The notes under the pieces: generated by a model
Database searches by the model: none
Told to the model about the DNA's origin: nothing
Seen by the model: only the letters and a program-made list of their open reading frames with translations
In this document: positions 9,986 through 19,025 of the stretch, piece after piece
Numbering within the stretch: position 1 is the first letter of the stretch
Layout: each line of letters opens with the position of its first letter
Translations under genes and position numbers: made by a program
From: a virus
Taxonomy: Duplodnaviria > Caudoviricetes
Length of the DNA: 64,000 bases
Virus record (IMG/VR): IMGVR_UViG_3300006922_000005
Strand: one strand, 5' to 3'

Positions 9986-10572
9986 TATGCACTAGTCTTA
10001 GTTTTTTTAGCAGTAGGCTTTGGAGCCAATTCTTCTGCTTTCTTACGAAGTTCTTGTACTTCTTTATATAGTGCATCAGCATCTGCTCTATATTTTTTAG
10101 CAAGATCTTCGTCAGTCATAATGCCTGCATCACCTGCAGGAATTTCATTTGCTACGGCAACTGTTTTACCAGGTTTTCCATCTTCACCGATTGCAAGTTC
10201 ATCAATACCAACGCCTCTTTGATCAGCAATAATTTTATTCAACTCATCTAGTTTAACCCATGAGTCTTTAGTTGTTGCTGGAGTCATTGTTACTTCACTT
10301 GTTGGAACTTTTTGTAAGTGTCCTTTAGCATGTAATGAAGGTAACATAGTACTACCATCTGAAAACTTACGAACGTTTAAAATTGTCGCAAATTCAAATG
10401 CCTGTTGTGCTTCTTCTTTCATAACTAATGAATCAAGTTCATCATGATATGTTTGTTTTAATGCCGCGGTAGGAATCACTAAAGCGTTAGTTGGTTCACC
10501 CGGAAGTGTTCTCATTGCAACTAATACCTTTGTTCCGCTAGTACCTACTGTGCCTACGTGCTTAACTGTCAT
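9985..10572 (-). CDS. Hypothetical protein
   Basis: Abuts neighbours; GGAG RBS; C-terminal coiled coil. Confidence 0.7.
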   Translation of the reverse strand: MTVKHVGTVGTSGTKVLVAMRTLPGEPTNALVIPTAALKQTYHDELDSLVMKEEAQQAFEFATILNVRKFSDGSTMLPSLHAKGHLQKVPTSEVTMTPATTKDSWVKLDELNKIIADQRGVGIDELAIGEDGKPGKTVAVANEIPAGDAGIMTDEDLAKKYRADADALYKEVQELRKKAEELAPKPTAKKTKTSA

Positions 10573-10575
10573 AGT

Positions 10576-10896
10576 TTACTCCTTAGGAGCCTCTGCTACT
10601 GGAGCAGGAGCCGCTGTTTCTGGTTGAGCAGGTGCACTTGTTGGTGCTGGTGCTTCACCGTCTGCTGATTCTGTTTTAGGCGTAATTGCCGCTAAGAAAG
10701 TATCTAGTCTATTGTAAGTACGACCAACAACTTCCATTTCATTTGGCTTGTATGCACCACGTTGACTTGCAACGTCGATGATTGCCTTTAATGCTTGTAG
10801 ATCTTGTACTGTAAGATCCGGTGCACCTTTTACTGGTGCTTCTGACTGAGGTGCTTCTGCTGTCGGCGCCTGAGTCGTTTTATTTTCGTCTGTCAT
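10576..10896 (-). CDS. Hypothetical protein with Pro/Ala-rich termini
   Basis: AGGAG RBS; helical core LTVQDLQALKAIIDVASQRGAY. Confidence 0.7.
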   Translation of the reverse strand: MTDENKTTQAPTAEAPQSEAPVKGAPDLTVQDLQALKAIIDVASQRGAYKPNEMEVVGRTYNRLDTFLAAITPKTESADGEAPAPTSAPAQPETAAPAPVAEAPKE

Positions 10897-10941
10897 TTAA
10901 GTTAACTCCTTAATTAAGTTTGTTTGTTATAACACTAGTAA

Positions 10942-11250
10942 TTAGTATGTTGCTAGGCTCTCGGTATGCAAAACTGAGCAACCCAAACTAAACATAGTTG
11001 ATTCAGAACCTTGTTCAAAACCAACCTTATATACAATTTCAACCTTGTTATCTACTAGTTCTGTATCACTAATGATACAAAATCTTCCGCTTAGATTGTT
11101 GTAAATCCATTGTCTACAAGCCTCTATATTTGATGTAATGTCCCATGGGTTACCTTTTATTATTACAGTAGTCCATGCTTTTGGACAAAAGTTTATTTCA
11201 CGTATTTCTAACACATTTAATGGATTAGGTTTGTCGTGTAAAAACCTCAT
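10942..11250 (-). CDS. Hypothetical protein
   Basis: ATGA overlap with upstream VWA gene. Confidence 0.6.
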   Translation of the reverse strand: MRFLHDKPNPLNVLEIREINFCPKAWTTVIIKGNPWDITSNIEACRQWIYNNLSGRFCIISDTELVDNKVEIVYKVGFEQGSESTMFSLGCSVLHTESLATY

Positions 11251-12536
11251 GCCGCCATTTCTCTTTTATCATCGTAATGACAAGTAATACCATGCGGTGC
11301 TTCAATTGAAGTATCAGAGTGTATAACCCAAATTGTATCACAATAGTTTTCGTCACCCCAGTTCCATGAGTAACCATCTGTGAATACAATTAGTTTTTTA
11401 GGTTGAATATCGTTCTCTTTCATATACACCCAATTAGCATCAAAGTCTGTACCGCCACCACCGTGTAGTTCGTAATCTTCAATAGTTACACCTGAGTCTG
11501 GTGTAAAGTCTTGTTCGTTATACACTTCAGTATCAAAGCACCATACTTTAATTTTGTAATCATCATATTGATCACAAATGCCTTTAACTTCACTTAAGAA
11601 GTCTTGTGCTTCTGCATTAGCAATTGAACCTGACATATCAAGTGCAATAGCAATATCAATTGTTTGATCAAAATCCATACCAGGAAGTATTGCACCTGTG
11701 TGCCATGCTTTACGTGATGGACGCATAAATGTATAGTTACTCTTAATAACACTTTGAATCTGTTGATTAAGTAGTTCACGCCAGTTCATTTTAGGCTCTG
11801 TAAGATCTTTAATCAATCTTGCTACACCTTTAGGAACATTGCCAACACCAGCCGCCTGTGCCGCTGATACCATTGCTTCTTTCATTTCGTCACGTATCTT
11901 TTTTAATTCTTCTTTTGAGTAAGAAGGTTGCTTACCTTTACCACTTTTACTCTTTTTAGTTTTACCTGCAGGACCTTGTCCTTTACCTTTTTCCCAATCA
12001 ATATGTTCGTCAAGCAATCTACCTAATTGTTGTAGTTGTTCTTGATCATACTTTTTAAAAATGTCATCGTATACTTCTTCTGAAGCCCAACCATAATATT
12101 TTGCATCGTGAAATGGTTTTACTTGTGTAATTACTTCTCCAATATTATGACGAATCAAATCACCGTTAACACAATAGTCAGCGGCAATGTTATAAATTTG
12201 TGCATCACGGTCATCTCTACGTGTAAAGTGATCATAAACACAGTGTAGGATTTCATGTCCAAACAAGAATTCAGTTTGCTTTTGATTAAGACTGTTTACA
12301 AAGTTTTCATTGTAATAAAAGTTTTTACCATCAGTGGCGGCAGTTGCACACCAGTCTGTTGCATCAATAATTTTAAGACGTGTTGCTAAATTACCAAAAA
12401 ACGGCTGACGGATTAGCAATGCAATTCTTGCAGTTGTTAATCTTTCTTTTACTTTATTACTATCGACAGCAGGATCTTTATCATAGATCTTACCATCTAA
12501 CATTGTTTGTTCTACTGCGGTTGTTTCTTGTGACAT
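11247..12536 (-). CDS. Metallopeptidase-like + VWA domain protein (MoxR partner)
   Basis: HEILH (HExxH), MIDAS DMSGS, GGGTDF, VFTDG. Confidence 0.9.
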   Translation of the reverse strand: MSQETTAVEQTMLDGKIYDKDPAVDSNKVKERLTTARIALLIRQPFFGNLATRLKIIDATDWCATAATDGKNFYYNENFVNSLNQKQTEFLFGHEILHCVYDHFTRRDDRDAQIYNIAADYCVNGDLIRHNIGEVITQVKPFHDAKYYGWASEEVYDDIFKKYDQEQLQQLGRLLDEHIDWEKGKGQGPAGKTKKSKSGKGKQPSYSKEELKKIRDEMKEAMVSAAQAAGVGNVPKGVARLIKDLTEPKMNWRELLNQQIQSVIKSNYTFMRPSRKAWHTGAILPGMDFDQTIDIAIALDMSGSIANAEAQDFLSEVKGICDQYDDYKIKVWCFDTEVYNEQDFTPDSGVTIEDYELHGGGGTDFDANWVYMKENDIQPKKLIVFTDGYSWNWGDENYCDTIWVIHSDTSIEAPHGITCHYDDKREMAA

Positions 12537-12568
12537 ATTTTTGCTCCTAACTTTCTAACTATACTTAC

Positions 12569-12596
12569 ATTATAGCATCAACTAGGTATTTGTCAA
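12569..12596 (-). promoter_or_regulatory. Sigma70-type early promoter
   Basis: TTGACA-16-TATAAT with extended -10 TG, followed by GTAAGTATAGTTAG. Confidence 0.8.
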
Positions 12597-12597
12597 C

Positions 12598-13173
12598 CTA
12601 AAATTGTGCTAAAAAGTCTTGTTGCATCTTCTTTTTAGCGTCTTTGTATGACTTAGATTCTACTAGATCTTGTGGGTTATACTCACCCGGAACGAATACA
12701 TATTGTACCATATGACTTGGCAGTTTGGATGTTTTTAAACCATCACCTGCGTCAACTACAAAGTTAATTAGGTCTTGTTTGGCAATAACTGCCGCACTAT
12801 CAGTATCGCATATTAGTAAAAAGTCTGCATATCCTGGTGGTAATGTTCTTCCAGCACTTGATCCTCTACTGTTCATTAATTGTAAATCGGACACGTTCTT
12901 TTTCTTTTGCTTCTTCTTACGAGTAAACAAACTACCTTCGGTATATTTCATTTCGATTGTTGATGCTTCAGGACCAATATGATCTACACCCTCTAGGTTA
13001 ACATATACCATTTCATTATTGCTAAACAGTTCTAAAGAACGTTCTAGTAAATCACTTTTATCAAAGCGAAGTTTACGTTCGTTGAGTTCATCACCAATAG
13101 TTTTAACTAGTGTGGTATACTTGTTCCAGTCGATGTTTTCTCTTAACCAAATTGCGAGATCTACTGTTTGCAT
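12598..13173 (-). CDS. Putative PD-(D/E)xK (restriction-endonuclease-like) nuclease
   Basis: Helix with D/E (KSDLLERSL), then GVDH...IEMK pattern matching D-xn-E-x-K. Confidence 0.5.
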   Translation of the reverse strand: MQTVDLAIWLRENIDWNKYTTLVKTIGDELNERKLRFDKSDLLERSLELFSNNEMVYVNLEGVDHIGPEASTIEMKYTEGSLFTRKKKQKKKNVSDLQLMNSRGSSAGRTLPPGYADFLLICDTDSAAVIAKQDLINFVVDAGDGLKTSKLPSHMVQYVFVPGEYNPQDLVESKSYKDAKKKMQQDFLAQF

Positions 13174-13205
13174 TTTTAAAATCCTTTTTACTTTATACTG
13201 TAATT

Positions 13206-13234
13206 ATTATACTTGATTTTATTTCAAAGGTCAA
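13206..13234 (-). promoter_or_regulatory. Sigma70-type promoter
   Basis: TTGACC-17-TATAAT upstream of 12598..13173. Confidence 0.75.
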
Positions 13235-13243
13235 CTGAATTGG

Positions 13244-13843
13244 TTAAATTAACCCTTTGTTCAATTTTGGTAAGTCATTAGTAAAACTTAATCTACTAAG
13301 ATATGCTTTTTCAAGATCTTTATGAACCTGCATATACATTGTTTGTTCTTGTCCTAATACTTGATATGTAGTTTCTACCTTTTCACATTTTAAAGCATAT
13401 AGACTAACTTTGCCTTGTGAAGCAGACTCTTTTAATACACCTCTAATACGACTGTCTGTATCATTAGAACTAGGGTGAGCCCAACCATGACTAATCAAAC
13501 GTCCAAAACGACTTTGTGTACCTGCTTTCATAAAAGTTCTTGGACCTTGTATTGCAAGTGGTTGTCCTGATTCACCAAGTTTAACAACTGTATCATCTTC
13601 TACAATAACATAAACCCAACTGTTATGGTTACTAAACAACAACTGTTCGTTGTAGTTAACTAGTTCCCAATTTGTATCTTCATAATAAGTTTGTTCTTTT
13701 ACATCAGCAATATGCTGAAATCCTTCTTGAATAAAATTACTAATATGTAGACTGTGCATACTGTTAATACTTACCACATTGTCTTTTAAGTCAATGTCGT
13801 CTGATTCAAATAGTGTGTGGAATAATTTTTTGGAATTGAGCAT
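13244..13843 (-). CDS. GIY-YIG nuclease, T4 endonuclease II (DenA)-like
   Basis: WVYVI....VVKLGES variant GIY-YIG, RFGR Arg, KVSLYALKC, DLE Glu and terminal LPKLN Asn, co-linear with T4 EndoII as recalled. Confidence 0.65.
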   Translation of the reverse strand: MLNSKKLFHTLFESDDIDLKDNVVSINSMHSLHISNFIQEGFQHIADVKEQTYYEDTNWELVNYNEQLLFSNHNSWVYVIVEDDTVVKLGESGQPLAIQGPRTFMKAGTQSRFGRLISHGWAHPSSNDTDSRIRGVLKESASQGKVSLYALKCEKVETTYQVLGQEQTMYMQVHKDLEKAYLSRLSFTNDLPKLNKGLI

Positions 13844-13876
13844 ACTAACCTCCTATGCTCTAGAGTGGAAATGAGC

Positions 13877-13898
13877 GAGGGGATCCGAAGACCCCCTC
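13877..13898 (-). terminator. cUUCGg tetraloop hairpin after MoxR ATPase (terminator or mRNA-stabilising)
   Basis: Minus strand GAGGGGGTC-TTCG-GATCCCCTC, 9 bp with one G-U; no strong U tract. Confidence 0.6.
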
Positions 13899-13907
13899 TA
13901 TAGTTAG

Positions 13908-14999
13908 TTAGGATGCCATAGCGGCTTGAACGTACTTGCCGTACTTATCGTGGAAACGGTCAAAGTTTTTCAAGTCTTTTGGCGAAAATGGCAGTTTGTA
14001 AGTAGCGATAGCAACTCGCGTACCCATTACAACTAATTCAGTTTCAAAATTATCCATCATAAAACCAAAAAAGTTATCTGCCATTTGTGTCCAACCCTTC
14101 TCCTTGCGTTTGAATGCCTCTTGAAGTTCATAACACATACTTACAGTTAGTGAATACATTGCCGAAATTTCTTTCGTCTCCATAGTCTTAACCTTGCCAT
14201 TAAGTATGTCTGTTGGATTAGGCAGTTTCGCCGCAACCTTACGGTGTGCCGCAAATTTAACTGCCAAGCCTTCGCCGACTGAACCTGCTACCAAGTCTGT
14301 TAGTGTAGACTCTTGCAAATTATCATCGAGAAGTTCGCTTACGAAACTCCAAGAACGTGGAGTTGCGAATGCTCTTGAACTTGACTTAGGATCAAAATCA
14401 TAAAGATCTTGTTTTGCAAAAGTCAAGTAACCCACTACGTCTGAGTGGATCTTATGTTCTGTAGCCCATGTCAACCAGTCTTCAAAGTCAACACGTAATT
14501 CTAAGTGTACAAACCTGTTAGCAAGTGGTGCCGGCATACGATAAGTAACACCCTTATCAGTTTCACGGTTACCTGCCGCAACAATTACAACATTGTCTGG
14601 AAGTTTGTATGTACCAACTTTACGATTTAGAATAAGTTGATATGCCGCCGCCTGTACTGCCGGCGCCGCAGAGTTCATTTCATCTAAGAAAAGAACAATG
14701 CTTTTAAATTGTGATGCAAATTCTTCTGTTGGAAGTTCTGCTGGTGGTGCCCACGCCATTACATTGTCGTTTGCAGAGTAGTAAGGTATACCCTTAATAT
14801 CTGTAGGCTCCCAAAGTGATAGTCTAATATCTATCAAATGTGAATTATCTAATGACCCATTAATCTGTGCCATAATATCTGATTTACCAATGCCTGGAGG
14901 TCCCCACATAAAGATAGGACGCTTCAATTTCATTGCGTGTTGTACTGCTGATTTCGCTTCGTTTGGTGTAACTGTACGTGCTTCTGTTGTTTGTGCCAT
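13908..14999 (-). CDS. MoxR-family AAA+ ATPase
   Basis: Walker A GPPGIGKS, Walker B LFLDEMN, AGN, PLANRF; VWA partner nearby. Confidence 0.92.
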   Translation of the reverse strand: MAQTTEARTVTPNEAKSAVQHAMKLKRPIFMWGPPGIGKSDIMAQINGSLDNSHLIDIRLSLWEPTDIKGIPYYSANDNVMAWAPPAELPTEEFASQFKSIVLFLDEMNSAAPAVQAAAYQLILNRKVGTYKLPDNVVIVAAGNRETDKGVTYRMPAPLANRFVHLELRVDFEDWLTWATEHKIHSDVVGYLTFAKQDLYDFDPKSSSRAFATPRSWSFVSELLDDNLQESTLTDLVAGSVGEGLAVKFAAHRKVAAKLPNPTDILNGKVKTMETKEISAMYSLTVSMCYELQEAFKRKEKGWTQMADNFFGFMMDNFETELVVMGTRVAIATYKLPFSPKDLKNFDRFHDKYGKYVQAAMAS

Positions 15000-15034
15000 T
15001 TTGCTATGCTCCTTTTGTTTCTAACTATAATACT

Positions 15035-15062
15035 ATAATACACTCAACTAGCAAAAAGTCAA
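15035..15062 (-). promoter_or_regulatory. Sigma70-type early promoter
   Basis: TTGACT-16-TATTAT followed by TATAGTTAG motif. Confidence 0.65.
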
Positions 15063-15108
15063 CCGGTTATTCCACTTTTTTATTAAAAAAACTGTCCAAA
15101 ATGAATGA

Positions 15109-15498
15109 TTAGTCGTCTAGTTCTTGTGCCATAGCACGAGCAAGGCCGTATTGCTTGATATCTCCAGCAAACATCATAAGTTGTAACCCCATTTTTTCGC
15201 TGAATACGTATATTCTTTTCTTTGTAACGTAATACGGGCAATCAATAAAGTTATCTAAGTATAAGAATACTTGTGGAGTAAACTTTATTTCGTTAGGAAA
15301 TTTTATTTCATATGTGGTTAAATCTGCATGATCGACAGCATAATCAAAACCGTCTTTAGTTAATCGTAATCCACTGTCACCTTTCATACGTGTGTTCTGC
15401 CACCAAAGCATATAGTTCTTCTTAATCTCAGAATCAAGTATATTTTCTTGTCCTGCGGAGATCATAAAAGTTTTAGTGTATGCTTCTTTAATATCCAT
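15109..15498 (-). CDS. Hypothetical protein
   Basis: Stop/start overlap with upstream gene. Confidence 0.65.
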   Translation of the reverse strand: MDIKEAYTKTFMISAGQENILDSEIKKNYMLWWQNTRMKGDSGLRLTKDGFDYAVDHADLTTYEIKFPNEIKFTPQVFLYLDNFIDCPYYVTKKRIYVFSEKMGLQLMMFAGDIKQYGLARAMAQELDD

Positions 15499-15782
15499 TA
15501 TGCGATTTTATCGCCTTTAGTTAACTTGTAAACTTCAAACTCTGTGGTTTTAAATGTAGAGTTTAGTTTCTTAGCCAAATTAAGTGCATGTCCTGGATTT
15601 GCAAAAGAAGTCTTTTTATACTTAGGTCCTGGAGTAGGCGAAATTGAATTTGAACTTTTAAGATTAAAGGGTTTGCCCTGATAGAAGATTGCCCATGTTG
15701 CTTCTGCATGTAGGACTTCTTCTCTACGATATGTGTTCTTGTCAGTAAATTCTAACAAAATTTTAGGTTTAGGTCTACTCAT
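15498..15782 (-). CDS. Hypothetical basic protein (start likely 15782, MSRPKP)
   Basis: AAGGA RBS; late-promoter core upstream. Confidence 0.65.
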   Translation of the reverse strand: MSRPKPKILLEFTDKNTYRREEVLHAEATWAIFYQGKPFNLKSSNSISPTPGPKYKKTSFANPGHALNLAKKLNSTFKTTEFEVYKLTKGDKIA

Positions 15783-15814
15783 TATACGCAATTCCTTTTA
15801 GTTAACTACGTATA

Positions 15815-15821
15815 TATTTAT
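15815..15821 (-). promoter_or_regulatory. T4-like late promoter core (cgATAAATA)
   Basis: ATAAATA 32 nt upstream of 15782 start. Confidence 0.55.
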
Positions 15822-15827
15822 CGTTTT

Positions 15828-16055
15828 TTAGAAGTTTCCGCCGTCCATTTTTATATCTACACTTACGTCTTGTGGTTGTTGTAGACGTTTATCCTGTAGT
15901 TCTACAAGCCTTGTCATTAATATTGCTATACTATCTGACAAGTCTTTATATTCTTTAGAATCTAGTTTAAGTTCACGTTGTTGAGTCTTAGTTGCAATCT
16001 TTGCCTTCTGCAAAAAGTTTTCTATTGGAATAGTATTAACTGGATTTCGAGACAT
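15828..16055 (-). CDS. Hypothetical protein
   Basis: Fills gap; overlaps upstream gene by 20 nt. Confidence 0.55.
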   Translation of the reverse strand: MSRNPVNTIPIENFLQKAKIATKTQQRELKLDSKEYKDLSDSIAILMTRLVELQDKRLQQPQDVSVDIKMDGGNF

Positions 16056-16524
16056 TTGATAATACCTGACGCATTTCTAATTCTGTTGTAAATGGTCCTT
16101 TGTAATCATAACGTTGTAGTGTTATAAGTTTAGGACAAAAACTTTTAACCCAACCTTTAGCAAATCTAATTGTATAGTAACCTGCACAATATAAACTTTT
16201 AGATTTTCTACTTTTACTATAAAGAGGTAGATTGTTTTGTACATCTAACAACGGGTTCCATGCTTGTGTGCTTGTAGGAAATCCATGTACTTCCATTACC
16301 TTACTATCTTTAGTTTTCTTTGTAGCAGTATATTCAAAAAAGTCTTTTCCAAATGCATCGTATACTTTGTCTACAGTTTCAAAATACATTTTATCTTTGC
16401 GTGTAACAAGAATATAACCTTCTTTGTTCTTTTGTAGTGTTCCTACTTTTTGTCCATAGTTTTGTACTATCCAAAACTTATTAGGTACTAACTGTTTTGC
16501 TTCAAGTTCTTTTTCTTTTGTCAT
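16036..16524 (-). CDS. Hypothetical protein (start likely 16524, MTKEKE)
   Basis: GGAGG RBS before 16524. Confidence 0.7.
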   Translation of the reverse strand: MTKEKELEAKQLVPNKFWIVQNYGQKVGTLQKNKEGYILVTRKDKMYFETVDKVYDAFGKDFFEYTATKKTKDSKVMEVHGFPTSTQAWNPLLDVQNNLPLYSKSRKSKSLYCAGYYTIRFAKGWVKSFCPKLITLQRYDYKGPFTTELEMRQVLSNVSKSS

Positions 16525-16525
16525 A

Positions 16526-17506
16526 TTAACCTCCGTATCTTGCATTTAATGGTTTAGCAAATGTTTCTGCTTGTTCTGTAATTTTGTTAAGTTCATAACT
16601 ATTCGCAAACTTAATTAAACGAATACCAACTTGACTAACTTCTTTAGGCTCTACATCTTCAATACTTTTGTTAATAATACTTCTAATGTCGTCTGGTTGT
16701 GCTGATAAGTCACATAATGTAACATTGCGTGTATAGTCATCTAGTACACGATGTTCTTCACCTAAGTGATCAGTCCAACGTTGTAGCATCATATTATTCC
16801 AATTAAACCCTTTAGTTGTTCTATCTTCAAATGCTTCTAACAAGCCTACTTTATTCTTAGTGCCTTTTTTACGAACACCTGGATACGCACTAAACACATT
16901 GTCACTAGTATCGCCACGCATACACTTTTCAAATAATAACCATTGCGGATCAGGTGCACCTTTAGATTGTTTAGTTTTCTTATCTATAACTTCTTTGCCT
17001 TTTTCATCAAAGTAGCCTTCGTGTGTTATTGTTACTTTTTGTACACCATTGTATTGTTTTACATTAGGTGCAATAAGTTGTGCAAAGTCACCATCAGTAC
17101 TAATAATAACATGATCATCGTTAGGGTGTGATTGTATCCAACCAGCAATTAAGTCATCTGCTTCTAGTTGCTTGTGTTGTAATACAGTACAATTTGTTTT
17201 ATTAGTTAAGAAGTCTTTAAAGTCATCGAATGTTTCCCAAAATATTTTTTCTTCTTCTTGTTGTGAAACTGTAAGAGCATCACGAGCAACTTGTCTATTA
17301 CGTTTGTAAGGTTCGTAATAATCTTTACGCCAACTACGTCCTTCTAAACAAAAAACAACATGACTACCATTAAAGTCTTGCCATGCTTTACGTATGCTTT
17401 GTAATGTTGTGTGTAAAGCCATGCCAATCTTAACATCAGCATCACCTCTTACGGCGTGCCTAGCACGGAAAAAAGTGTTTGCAGTATCTACTAAAATATA
17501 TGTCAT
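16526..17506 (-). CDS. rnh: 5'-3' exonuclease/RNase H (T4 rnh/FEN family)
   Basis: ILVDTAN.FFR, LEADDLIA, ISTDGDFAQL, GDTSDNV. Confidence 0.92.
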   Translation of the reverse strand: MTYILVDTANTFFRARHAVRGDADVKIGMALHTTLQSIRKAWQDFNGSHVVFCLEGRSWRKDYYEPYKRNRQVARDALTVSQQEEEKIFWETFDDFKDFLTNKTNCTVLQHKQLEADDLIAGWIQSHPNDDHVIISTDGDFAQLIAPNVKQYNGVQKVTITHEGYFDEKGKEVIDKKTKQSKGAPDPQWLLFEKCMRGDTSDNVFSAYPGVRKKGTKNKVGLLEAFEDRTTKGFNWNNMMLQRWTDHLGEEHRVLDDYTRNVTLCDLSAQPDDIRSIINKSIEDVEPKEVSQVGIRLIKFANSYELNKITEQAETFAKPLNARYGG

Positions 17507-17519
17507 GTGTTCTCCTAAC

Positions 17520-17693
17520 TTAAATTATACCATTTATCCAATTTTCAGCACAGTCTTCTGCATATCTTTTACTGTGTCCTACTATTGGGCGTTCTTCTAC
17601 TAATTCATCACCTACATACATTTTAACTATGTAATGTGTTTCTTCAACTATCTCTGCTTTGCGATCTTCTTTTTTAAACTTTACATTACCCAT
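17520..17693 (-). CDS. Small hypothetical protein (57 aa; not in the ORF track)
   Basis: MGNVKF...GHSKRYAEDCAENWINGII, AAGGA RBS, fills gap exactly. Confidence 0.65.
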   Translation of the reverse strand: MGNVKFKKEDRKAEIVEETHYIVKMYVGDELVEERPIVGHSKRYAEDCAENWINGII

Positions 17694-17702
17694 ATCATTT
17701 CC

Positions 17703-18317
17703 TTATACAATATTAAAACTAACTGCAATTCTATCACGTTCATGTCTTTGTTGTGCAACACTATGTTTTAAATAGCCAGGAAAGATGTTTAACATACTTG
17801 TACTAGGCTTAAAACTAACTTGTGTTGTATTAAAGTCATTGTATTCGTTTATTACATTACTAGCCCAATGATTGTCTGATATCGCAGGACTAAAAAAGTT
17901 TAATGAAGCATCATCTTCGTGTGCTTCTACATAATACACACCACTCCAAATACTAGGAGTATGTGTGTGCGTTTCGTGGTAACTGCCTTTTCTATTAATA
18001 GCAAACCACATGTCTTTAATAGTGAATTTATGTTCTTTTGTAAAACCCATAAAGTCGTTAAGGTTTCTAATATTGTCAGATAAAAAATTTACAAAAGGTT
18101 TCATTTCATCATATTCTATTAATTGTTTGTCTAATACTTTATTATAACTGGTATAGTAGTGATCTGTCAAGTTAAAAGATGTATTATCCATAGGAAATTT
18201 CTTTTCAATTTGATAAAACAGATGTTTCATATCCAAATTGAACTTGTTTCCTTCGTTCCAAACTTTACGTGCTAGAACATTAGGAAACAAACCTACAATT
18301 TCCCCTTGTTGGTCCAT
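17703..18317 (-). CDS. 2OG-Fe(II) oxygenase (TIGR02466-like)
   Basis: WFAIN...HETHTH...WSGVYY, FPGYLKHSV, RIAVSFN. Confidence 0.85.
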   Translation of the reverse strand: MDQQGEIVGLFPNVLARKVWNEGNKFNLDMKHLFYQIEKKFPMDNTSFNLTDHYYTSYNKVLDKQLIEYDEMKPFVNFLSDNIRNLNDFMGFTKEHKFTIKDMWFAINRKGSYHETHTHTPSIWSGVYYVEAHEDDASLNFFSPAISDNHWASNVINEYNDFNTTQVSFKPSTSMLNIFPGYLKHSVAQQRHERDRIAVSFNIV

Positions 18318-18688
18318 TAACTAATCTCTGACTTATCGTCGCTAATCTTCTTTGTATTAATATATCCTGCACCCATCGGTTTGTCTTCACTAGCAACGCC
18401 ATCACTTTGTGCTACATTACCACAAAGTTCTTTAAACCATGCATCTACAATTTCTTCTTCTGTTGAACCGTTGTATCCGTTTATTCTTAGTTCTTTAATA
18501 AAGTATTCATTCCAGTCAAGTTCAAAGAACCCGTTACGTGGATTGTTATCCTTCATTTCAACATTAAGAACAGTTACGTATGCTTCTTTCTTTTTTGTTG
18601 CTTCTGCTTTAGCATCGGTACTTTTTTCTTTAGATACTGTAGCAGGGATCTTGTTCTTATTAAACATATTTTTTAGTTTATCTAACAT
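18317..18688 (-). CDS. Hypothetical protein
   Basis: AGGAG RBS; stop/start overlap. Confidence 0.7.
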   Translation of the reverse strand: MLDKLKNMFNKNKIPATVSKEKSTDAKAEATKKKEAYVTVLNVEMKDNNPRNGFFELDWNEYFIKELRINGYNGSTEEEIVDAWFKELCGNVAQSDGVASEDKPMGAGYINTKKISDDKSEIS

Positions 18689-18704
18689 TCTATCTCCTTA
18701 TTCA

Positions 18705-19025
18705 TTACATGTGTCTCCTTATTTTATCTAGTTTATCTTCCGGCTTTTCAGGTTTTTCACTTATACCGTCTATGTCCTCATACTTAATATTACTATCAGG
18801 AGCAATAGTTTGTGTGACAACATCTTTGTTTTCTTTATTAAGTTTATCTTTTAAAAAAACAAATGTCTCTATTATAGAGTAAACTACAAAAAAAGTAATA
18901 GTTAACACTAGTAAAATAAATGTATGCAGAAGTTTAGACAATCCAATGAATAAATCTGTTTTACTCCATTCGACTGTTTTGTCTTCTGCGTTAAACCAAA
19001 TAATTTTTAATCTGTCTTTAATCAT
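18705..19025 (-). CDS. Hypothetical membrane protein
   Basis: One long hydrophobic segment; ATGA overlap with queE. Confidence 0.6.
   Translation of the reverse strand: MIKDRLKIIWFNAEDKTVEWSKTDLFIGLSKLLHTFILLVLTITFFVVYSIIETFVFLKDKLNKENKDVVTQTIAPDSNIKYEDIDGISEKPEKPEDKLDKIRRHM

Noticed and set aside
13899-13907. Plus-strand TATAGTTAG copy after the MoxR stop
   Set aside because: No matching -35/-10 in that orientation; probably chance.
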